Under the pieces are notes generated by a model. The model was not told the DNA's origin. It did not search any database and worked only from the letters and a program-made list of their open reading frames with translations. This document shows, in pieces, positions 24,705-31,399 of a stretch of 32,000 nt of DNA. Position 1 is the stretch's first letter. Each line of letters begins with the position of its first letter. Source of the DNA: Nitrososphaera viennensis EN76 (GTDB lineage Archaea > Thermoproteota > Nitrososphaeria > Nitrososphaerales > Nitrososphaeraceae); assembly GCF_000698785.1 (NCBI RefSeq), contig NZ_CP007536.1, positions 570,001 to 602,000 on the forward strand. The letters are read 5' to 3'. Position numbers and translations under genes: made by a program.

Positions 24705-25130
24705 TCAAGACAGGGTCAAGTGAACTGCTGGCAACTTGATAGAGAGAGCCGCAGAGTCCTTGTATCCTGACCAGTCGTGGCCGTTCTTGTCGTCATCGTC
24801 GCAGTTGTTGTCGTCATCATCATCGCCATTGTATGATGTACTCTTGTAGTAGTAGTAGTCATGGCCGTTCTTGTCGTCGTCATCATCATCATCATTGTTG
24901 CATTCGCAGTTGTTGTCGTCGTCGTCCTCGTCATCGTCCTTGCTGTAGCTTGACCACTTGTAGTCGTGGCCATTATTGTCGTCGTCACAATTGTCGTCAC
25001 CATTCTTGTCGTCGTAGCTAGAGCTTGCAAATGCAGCAGCCGGCATTGCTATTGCCGATGATGCAATTGCGAGTCCCAAAGCCAACAGGGCAAGAATGAA
25101 CATCTTACCGTTTCCTGTTACACTTGACAT
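24705..25130 (-). CDS. secreted, extremely Asp-rich protein with KNGHD(Y/W) repeats and 4 Cys (novel, paralog 1)
   Basis: Signal MSSVTGNGKMFILALLALGLAIASSAIAMPAAAFA. The mature part is about one third Asp with a C...CxC...C pattern. A TATA box lies 23 nt upstream of the ATG at 25130 (the ORF track starts one codon earlier at a TTG). Confidence 0.7.
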   Translation of the reverse strand: MSSVTGNGKMFILALLALGLAIASSAIAMPAAAFASSSYDDKNGDDNCDDDNNGHDYKWSSYSKDDDEDDDDNNCECNNDDDDDDDKNGHDYYYYKSTSYNGDDDDDNNCDDDDKNGHDWSGYKDSAALSIKLPAVHLTLS

Positions 25131-25152
25131 CAAACCGGTCGCACCATCATAC

Positions 25153-25160
25153 TTTTAAAG
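25153..25160 (-). promoter_or_regulatory. TATA box (CTTTAAAA on the minus strand) of Asp-rich gene 1
   Basis: 23 nt from the ATG. It lies in a 21-nt block, 20/21 identical to the block upstream of the paralog and at identical spacing. Confidence 0.5.
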
Positions 25161-25410
25161 GCTTGAGCAAAATCAGTTCATAACAATATCATCTTGAAAA
25201 TTTAAGGTATAATCGACGCATTCCTTGATAATCCTATAAAGAGACAATCTGTAAAATTCTATATTCAAGCAGGAGACACTGCTGCCTGCAAGGATCAGAA
25301 ATTCTAGGATCCAATTTGAGAAAAAATTTGAGAAAAAAGAGGAAGGGAGGCTGTGTTATTGCAGCCTGGCTTCCCATGCTGTGGGATTATCTGCGATAGT
25401 CGGTGTTATC

Positions 25411-25920
25411 TCAGTCCTTCTTCCAGTAGTCGTGGTTGTAGTGGTTGTCGTGGTTGTCGTCGTCATCGCATTTGTCGTCGTCATCGTCGTCATCGTCGTC
25501 ATGGTCGTCGTTGTTGTAGGATGTGTACTTGTAGTTCTCCCAGTTGCCGTTATAGCTTGACGAGTGATAGTCGTTCTTGTCGTCATCGTTCTTGTCATCG
25601 TCGTCGTCATCACAGTAGCAGTTGTTCTTGTCATCATAGTTGTTGTTCTTGTCGTCGTCATGGTTGTCATTGTTCTTGTCATCATAGTTGTTGTTCTTGT
25701 CGTCGTCATGGTTGTCGTCATCGCATTTGTCGTCGTCATCGTCATCGTCATCGTCGTCATGGTCGTGGTTGTTGTAGTAGTACTTGTCGTCATGGTTGTC
25801 GTCATCGTCATTGCCACCGGCGAATGCAGCCGGCACTGCTGTTACCGACGATGCAATTGCGAACCCCACAGCCAACACGGCCAGAAGGAACGCCAATTTG
25901 TTTCCTGTTAGACTTGACAT
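25411..25920 (-). CDS. secreted, extremely Asp/Asn/His/Tyr-rich protein with 4 Cys (novel, paralog 2)
   Basis: Signal MSSLTGNKLAFLLAVLAVGFAIASSVTAVPAAFA. The mature part is about 44% Asp by hand count (59/135), with D9-D10 runs, a C...CYC...C pattern and an internal 16-aa tandem repeat. Confidence 0.7.
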   Translation of the reverse strand: MSSLTGNKLAFLLAVLAVGFAIASSVTAVPAAFAGGNDDDDNHDDKYYYNNHDHDDDDDDDDDDKCDDDNHDDDKNNNYDDKNNDNHDDDKNNNYDDKNNCYCDDDDDDKNDDDKNDYHSSSYNGNWENYKYTSYNNDDHDDDDDDDDDKCDDDDNHDNHYNHDYWKKD

Positions 25921-25942
25921 TAATAGACTCTCGTTGTCAAGG

Positions 25943-25950
25943 TTTTAAAG
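25943..25950 (-). promoter_or_regulatory. TATA box (CTTTAAAA on the minus strand) of Asp-rich gene 2
   Basis: 23 nt from the ATG at 25920, the same register as the paralog. Confidence 0.5.
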
Positions 25951-26115
25951 TCTTGAGCAAAAATAATAGATAATGAATTTATCTTGAAAATCCAAGCTAG
26001 ACTATACATGTTATTTGGTAATTCTATATCGCTAAGATACATAATTTCTATACTTGCACTCAATGCTAGCAGCTTCCCCATTTTTAGGCAGTAGACATTT
26101 TTACAGAACAGGATC

Positions 26116-26129
26116 GTTGCAATTGCAAC
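26116..26129. promoter_or_regulatory. perfect 14-bp palindrome GTTGCAATTGCAAC upstream of the 26146 gene (candidate operator)
   Basis: Lies 17 nt upstream of the ATG and downstream of an ATTTTTA box (about 26096-26102), so it spans the expected transcription start. Confidence 0.35.
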
Positions 26130-26145
26130 TTTTGAAGATAGTCTT

Positions 26146-26568
26146 ATGAATAAGCGTAAATATTATTCACAACCAATGGCGGAAGCAAAGCAATTTTGCG
26201 CCGACGTCCTTGCCCTTGATCCTTCCATAAGGTTTGCAGGCGTGGCCGACTCCACCGGTATGTCTGTACACTTTGTGTACAGGGACGGCCTTGTGCCGCT
26301 GCTTTCCCAGGAAGAGACTGTCAAGTCCATGCTCCAGGCAGTCCTCAGGAGCGGCACGCGGGTCACGCTTGAAAACAAGCTTGGCGAGTGCGCCTACACA
26401 CTGTCGCTGTACAAGAAGGTCAAGCGGGTAACCATCCCGCTCAGGCCGCCGACCACAAGCAGGCCAAACGCGATTCTGATGATTTCACTCGATGCAAACG
26501 TAAACCATGATGCAGTGATCGATGGCAAGGTCATGCCGTTTCTGCAGCAAGCCAGGCTAGAGCTCTGA
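26146..26568 (+). CDS. hypothetical protein, possibly Roadblock/LC7 (MglB-like) fold
   Basis: 140 aa. IRFAGVADSTGMSVHFVYRDG resembles the Roadblock pattern (v.ga.l.d.dG). The alternating predicted alpha/beta pattern fits. The family call is tentative. Confidence 0.55.
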   Translation: MNKRKYYSQPMAEAKQFCADVLALDPSIRFAGVADSTGMSVHFVYRDGLVPLLSQEETVKSMLQAVLRSGTRVTLENKLGECAYTLSLYKKVKRVTIPLRPPTTSRPNAILMISLDANVNHDAVIDGKVMPFLQQARLEL

Positions 26569-26572
26569 ACGC

Positions 26573-26797
26573 ATGATGAGCCCAGACCCTGAAACCACGG
26601 CAAGCATCCTGAAGGAGTCGATGAGCATACTTGGCGAAAACACGTACGAGGCGCTCAAGTTTCACATGAAGGAAAGGTATGGAATCGACCTTGCGCACAA
26701 TCCGCGGCTTGAGGATGTGGAATTTGCGCTACGCGACCTGTTTGGCCCAAGCGCCGATATAATCATGATCCACATAAGGCGCCGCCTCAACGCCTGA
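26573..26797 (+). CDS. small helical hypothetical protein
   Basis: 74 aa, starts 4 nt after the previous stop and is probably co-transcribed. Confidence 0.5.
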   Translation: MMSPDPETTASILKESMSILGENTYEALKFHMKERYGIDLAHNPRLEDVEFALRDLFGPSADIIMIHIRRRLNA

Positions 26798-26850
26798 AAT
26801 TGACGCTTGTTATCAATTTTGACAAACTTCAATGACATTGCATAATATGG

Positions 26851-27195
26851 ATGCAAGGCGCCCGGTACGCCATGGTTTTGAATGATTATTTGTTGCCGTC
26901 TGAAAATATCCGGCTTGCCAGCGACGACGAGGTCGAGTACGGCGACAAGAAATACAGAATAGTCATCACCGACAAGAGGTTCATACTTTATGCAAGGAGG
27001 GGCACCGTTTTCAAGTCCGACGACGTGGTGAGCGAAAGGCTGCAGGCCATACACGGCTTCAAGTACAGCGAAAAGGGCACCCTTTTCCGCACGGCGACAA
27101 TCTCCATAATAACAAACGCCAAGATGGAAATACGCGGATCCCCTGACCGCATGAAGCCTCTTTTCCACACCCTCCAGTCGACAATCGGCGCGTGA
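26851..27195 (+). CDS. bacterial-type PH (bPH/GRAM-like) domain protein
   Basis: YLLPSENI ... YRIVITDKRFILYARRG ... I(x)GFKYSEKG fits the bPH pattern. The alternative ATG at 26872 has better TATA spacing (ATAATAT at 26842-26848). Confidence 0.55.
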   Translation: MQGARYAMVLNDYLLPSENIRLASDDEVEYGDKKYRIVITDKRFILYARRGTVFKSDDVVSERLQAIHGFKYSEKGTLFRTATISIITNAKMEIRGSPDRMKPLFHTLQSTIGA

Positions 27196-27316
27196 CGGCG
27201 GTTTTCCCTACGAAACAAGGGCACTTGATCTGGAAACAGCGCGCCGGAGGTGCTGGAAACATCTATCCGCAGAGTCCCTTAACTTGACTGCATGCGTAAA
27301 AATCGCCTGAACATAC

Positions 27317-28570
27317 ATGTTCAGCCAAAAAAAATACACAATACTGGCCACCATAGTCGGCCTCGCAATCTTAAGCGCGGTCGCGGTGCCAGCATTGATA
27401 GCAAGCAATGCGGCAGCACAAATCACCACTACCGCCCCCCAGCCAGAACAGGGTGCTGCAGAGCAGACCACGACGACAACGACAGGTGACAACAGCTTTT
27501 CGTCGTCTGTGAACATATCACCGACGGCAGACTCTAACGCAAAAGTCACCATCGAAGGCACCGGGTTGACTGCCAGGGAGATGAACGTCAACCAGGAAAG
27601 GCAAGACGACGGCACGGTCAAGATCACGGTCGAAGGAGTATTTGCAGTCGGAGAAGAAGAAGAGGGAGCCACACCAGAAGCACCCTCAGAAGAGACTCCA
27701 GGCACACCAGAGCAGACAGGCAACGAGACAATACCAACATTCCCTCCATCCCCATCAGGAAATGAAACAACGCCTTCAGGCAACGAGACGTCAACAACAC
27801 CTACCACGCCACCAGAGAATGAAACATCGACGGCACCACCAACGCTGGCACCCCTGGCAGGAGTGACGCCAAGCAGCGGTGCGGCTGGCGACCAAGTCAC
27901 CATCGACGGAAGTGGCTTTGCTCCCAACCAGGCGCTGACCTTTAGCTTTGACGGCTCCAACCTCGATGCAGGCAGCGCGACCACAGACAGCGCAGGCACA
28001 TTCTCCACAACAGCAAACATACCAGCTGACGCCACAGCCGGCGACCACGAGATAATGGTTACTGACGGCACAGGCGCAAGCACGACAGCAACATTCACCG
28101 TAGAAGGATCCGCAACCGCAGAACAGACGGGCAACGAGACGTCAACAACAACAATACCCTCGGGAAATGAAACATCAACAACAACGGCTCCAATCCCCTC
28201 AGGCAATGAGACATCCAGCGGCAACGCAACGTCAGGCGGCACTCCACCGCTTGGCACTGCATCCATGCAGGTGACTCCAACATCTTCCAATGCAGGAGGT
28301 CAGGTAACCGTTGACGGCACGGGCTTTGGTACCAACCAGGTCATTACGCTGACCATGGACGGCACAGTGCTCGAATCCGCTGACGGAACCGACATAACAA
28401 CGGATGGCAATGGCGGATTCTCTGCCACCGTAACCCTCCCTGCAGACGCGACGAGCGGCGACCACCAGCTCACTGCGTCGGACATCAGTGGTGCCACGGC
28501 ATCAGCCACTCTCACAGTAGCCGAAGCGGCAACATCACCACTGCTACCACCACCCCCAACAACCCCGTGA
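27317..28570 (+). CDS. secreted cell-surface glycoprotein with two Ig-like (IPT/TIG-like) repeats and GNET sequon linkers
   Basis: Signal MFSQKKYTILATIVGLAILSAVAVPALIASNAAAQ. Two repeats of about 80 aa (VTPSSGAAGDQVTIDGSGF... and VTPTSSNAGGQVTVDGTGF...). At least 9 N-x-S/T sequons, mostly GNET(S/T). Confidence 0.8.
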   Translation: MFSQKKYTILATIVGLAILSAVAVPALIASNAAAQITTTAPQPEQGAAEQTTTTTTGDNSFSSSVNISPTADSNAKVTIEGTGLTAREMNVNQERQDDGTVKITVEGVFAVGEEEEGATPEAPSEETPGTPEQTGNETIPTFPPSPSGNETTPSGNETSTTPTTPPENETSTAPPTLAPLAGVTPSSGAAGDQVTIDGSGFAPNQALTFSFDGSNLDAGSATTDSAGTFSTTANIPADATAGDHEIMVTDGTGASTTATFTVEGSATAEQTGNETSTTTIPSGNETSTTTAPIPSGNETSSGNATSGGTPPLGTASMQVTPTSSNAGGQVTVDGTGFGTNQVITLTMDGTVLESADGTDITTDGNGGFSATVTLPADATSGDHQLTASDISGATASATLTVAEAATSPLLPPPPTTP

Positions 28571-28583
28571 GGAAGAGGAGTAA

Positions 28584-28619
28584 CCCCGCCCCTTGGCGGG
28601 GCAACTTTCTCTTTTTTTT
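28584..28619 (+). terminator. GC hairpin (CCCCGCC-CCTT-GGCGGGG) followed by a T8 run
   Basis: A perfect 7-bp stem at 28584-28601 and a T-run at 28612-28619, located between convergent genes. Confidence 0.55.
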
Positions 28620-28640
28620 CAGCCTAGCTCTATATCATCA

Positions 28641-30215
28641 TCATCTTAGCCGGCAACGGATCAGGTTCTGGTTGCCAAACTTGATTATTTCCACCAGCTC
28701 TTCGCGCTCCAGCCGCTTGACAAGCCGCCAGGCAGAGCTCTTTGGAAGCAAAAACCTGTTTCGTATGTCAGCAAGGAGCGCCTCGCCGTTGTCCTGCCCC
28801 ATCACGTACCGCAGCACATCCCTGTCGCCACGTCGAATGTGCGGCTTTTCCGCAAACACAAGGTCAAGGGCCACAGCTTGAGAGACGAGCCCGCCATCTT
28901 GCATCTCGACAGGCGCAGAGCCGCCTTCTACCTCGATGGCAGGAGGAGGAGGTGCCACCTTCTCCTTCTTGCGGACTTCTGCTGCTGCCGCTCTTGCAAT
29001 GCCCTTGTGCCTCAGGCGCAGGTACACGACTGCCCACCCGGCAGAAACGCCGGCTATGCCTGCTGCGGTGTAAAGCTGGTCGGTAGAGTCGGTGGCCGCC
29101 ATCTTTGCCTGCACGGCCATGGAAAGGGCGTCGTCATAGCCTCCATAGACGTACATCTCTTTCGTGCGATGGAGCATCTCTTCGGCTTCTGGGACGTTGA
29201 TGCCTAGAGTCTTTGTCGCGTTTATCGATACCTCCGCAATGTTCATGGCCTGGATGGCGGCCTGCGCCGTCCTGTTTGCACTTGAAGCAAGGTCCGTTGC
29301 CTCGTTCGCAAGTGACGTGGCAAAGCGGTACTTGCCGGCGGCAAAGGCATCGAGCGCGTTTAGAAGCAGGCCTTCCGCGTCTGCCACCACTATCCCGTTG
29401 CCCCGGAATTCTGCGATGGCCTTTTCGGCCCGGTCAAGCGCCACCTGCGCCTCCCCGTAGCCAAGCAAGTCAACCGACATCTGCCGGCCCACCACAGTCA
29501 CGCTTTTTGCGCCTTCTTCAACAGGCAGGACAAGCGTCCTTTGCGTCGCCGCTGTCGCCGGCATTTCCTTATAGCCTGCCGACTTGCCGTCCACAAGCAC
29601 CTCAAAGGGCGCGTCCTTGCCCATGACCTGCGAGTCCAAAAGCCTCCGGTCAAAGGTCATCTTTAGCATGCCGTGCTCAGGCGCGTCTAACCAGACAGTC
29701 AGCTTGTGAAGCTGCGGCACAGCAGCGGCGGCAGTCACGTCGCCCTGCGCCATCGCTATTTTTATCCCGGAACTCGGGTCGGCAAAATCGATGTTAACCT
29801 GCTTCACAGGGTTTTCCAAAACGCGGGGCGCAACCACGATCTCGCCGGCCATGTTGTTTCTTCCCTGGTCAAAGTACCTGAACTCTCCCGTCATCCCTCC
29901 GTTGAATACAAATGCATAGTCTCTCCCGCTTGAAAGGAGCGAGGAGTTGAAAAGCGCGGGGTTTTCGGCCGGGCCTCCGGCTATCATGTGCGCGCTGCTG
30001 TCAACGTTTTTCCATACGACAGTGCTTCCGTCACGGACTACGAGCCTTTCTGGCGAGAACCCATCGTCGGTAACCTTGATGTAGCAAATATCGGCGTTGC
30101 ACGTTTCCGCCCTTTGAGTCTCCTGGGCAAATGTCAGAGGAGAACTGCCGGCTAAAAAGAAGAGCACGACAAGCGGCGGCAGCCAATATCCCTGGCGCAG
30201 GAATTTTGTCTGCAT
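28641..30215 (-). CDS. membrane-tethered winged-helix regulator with an extracytoplasmic cupredoxin-like domain (copper ligands degenerate)
   Basis: Signal/anchor MQTKFLRQGYWLPPLVVLFFLAG. Cupredoxin-like GSTVVWKNVDSSAHMI...GEFRYFDQGRNNMAGEIVV. TM helix LYTAAGIAGVSAGWAVVYL followed by RLRHKG. C-terminal wHTH LLADIRNRFLLPKSSAWRLVKRLEREELVEI. An ATATATAT box lies 22-29 nt upstream of the ATG at 30215 (the ORF opens at 30281). Confidence 0.75.
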   Translation of the reverse strand: MQTKFLRQGYWLPPLVVLFFLAGSSPLTFAQETQRAETCNADICYIKVTDDGFSPERLVVRDGSTVVWKNVDSSAHMIAGGPAENPALFNSSLLSSGRDYAFVFNGGMTGEFRYFDQGRNNMAGEIVVAPRVLENPVKQVNIDFADPSSGIKIAMAQGDVTAAAAVPQLHKLTVWLDAPEHGMLKMTFDRRLLDSQVMGKDAPFEVLVDGKSAGYKEMPATAATQRTLVLPVEEGAKSVTVVGRQMSVDLLGYGEAQVALDRAEKAIAEFRGNGIVVADAEGLLLNALDAFAAGKYRFATSLANEATDLASSANRTAQAAIQAMNIAEVSINATKTLGINVPEAEEMLHRTKEMYVYGGYDDALSMAVQAKMAATDSTDQLYTAAGIAGVSAGWAVVYLRLRHKGIARAAAAEVRKKEKVAPPPPAIEVEGGSAPVEMQDGGLVSQAVALDLVFAEKPHIRRGDRDVLRYVMGQDNGEALLADIRNRFLLPKSSAWRLVKRLEREELVEIIKFGNQNLIRCRLR

Positions 30216-30379
30216 GGTTACAGAGGTTTTACGATGATATATATCCGATCTGAAAAAGGATTCTGTAAAGTTTGTAGACATAACGGTGCATGTATCATTT
30301 ATACATGTGTGACTTGTCAGTAGCTTTCAGCTGCTGCATCCACAGCAACAAAAACAGAGCCGGAAAAAGTTTTTGCGGC

Positions 30380-30676
30380 TCACTCTGTAAACGCGATGCT
30401 CCTCTCGCTGAGGAACCTGAGCCAGCCGCTCATGGTGAGCCCGTCAAACACGTCGAGGTACCGCCCGTCCTGTATGTTCTCTTCAAGGTCAAAGTCAAAG
30501 CCGCCGCTCTTTTTGTGCCTCACGTAGTTAAAGCGGGCGTCAAGGCCCCTGCTCTGGAGGCTTGCGTTGAGGTAGTCGCAAAAAGCAGCCTCGTCGGGCG
30601 TCATCATCATGCTGCCGCTGTTGCCTTGCACGTGTTCCAGTGTTGCAGTCATGGCAACTCCCGTCAAACTTGGCAT
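30380..30676 (-). CDS. hypothetical protein
   Basis: 98-aa ORF with protein-like composition (DEAAFCDYLNASLQSRGLDARFNYVRHKK...). The opposite-strand 217-aa ORF looks like a shadow. Confidence 0.45.
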   Translation of the reverse strand: MPSLTGVAMTATLEHVQGNSGSMMMTPDEAAFCDYLNASLQSRGLDARFNYVRHKKSGGFDFDLEENIQDGRYLDVFDGLTMSGWLRFLSERSIAFTE

Positions 30677-30749
30677 TTAGTAAGGCGTGTCAAGAAATCT
30701 TTACAGGCGGCAGAGCATTGCTTCTTCTTGTGTCGTTGCTGGCGCCTCT

Positions 30750-30941
30750 CTAGTGCGCCACGGTTATTGCGCCCTCTTTCTCGACAGCAGAAGAAGAAGC
30801 CCTGCCGGCCGGGGCAAAGAGGTCAAGCTCCTGTAGGATGCCGTAGGTGTCCCTGCATTCGTCGCACTTGCACCTGCGGGGCGGTTCGTTTGCTCTCATG
30901 CACTTGGTATGGATTGCCTGCGATAAAAGGCAGCTCAACAT
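30750..30941 (-). CDS. possible small Cys-rich protein (weak)
   Basis: HTKC-x9-CKCDEC. Short, and the start is uncertain. Confidence 0.25.
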   Translation of the reverse strand: MLSCLLSQAIHTKCMRANEPPRRCKCDECRDTYGILQELDLFAPAGRASSSAVEKEGAITVAH

Positions 30942-31399
30942 AGATCCATATCCAGAGCTAGCTGAATATTGGATAAATGATCTTTGGCCGATCTACATGG
31001 ATCGCTTGCCTGCGGCCTGCAAAGAAGAAGAATGATGCATGACTTCGCAGTCCCCGGAGCAAAAATGCAAGACCCTGCGGCCCCTTTTTACCATTATCGG
31101 GCTGTCGCACGGCTGGCCGCACGTCGCGCAGTTTGCCATGCAAGAAATCCGCGGTGCGAGTATTTTTGCGTTTTACGATGTGCAATAAGAATATTATAAT
31201 AATAATCAGGCCCTACTCATCCATGATTTTCGGGCCCGAATGCACGTGACGTACAGTAGGGGTTGGCTGTAGCATATATTCCGAATACTTATTATAAAAA
31301 GTTTCTTGTTATGGATATTGGATAAATAATTATCCATTACTAGTTATAGTAGAAACATCTGCAAACAACATATACCTCTCGCAGGATTTTTTCTGCGCC

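Noticed and set aside
25353-25973. 206-aa plus-strand ORF (R/C/H/S-rich) and the 153-aa minus-strand T/M-rich ORF at 25356-25817
   Set aside because: These are alternative frames of the GAC/GAT-rich repeat. Only the frame with a signal peptide, a TATA box at -23 and a paralog next door is credible.
27208-28290. 360-aa minus-strand ORF
   Set aside because: It is antisense to the glycoprotein gene. Its composition is low-complexity V/S/P/A, it has no motifs, and the plus-strand product has a signal peptide and repeated domains. It is a shadow ORF.
30290-30943. 217-aa plus-strand ORF
   Set aside because: Its composition is R/C/A/V-rich and junk-like. It overlaps two more protein-like minus-strand ORFs (30380-30676, 30750-30941).
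31039-31188. 49-codon plus-strand ORF (MTSQSPEQKCKTLRPLFTIIGLSHGWPHVAQFAMQEIRGASIFAFYDVQ)
   Set aside because: It reads protein-like, but it is below any threshold I can support without homology or expression data. It also overlaps other weak ORFs on both strands.
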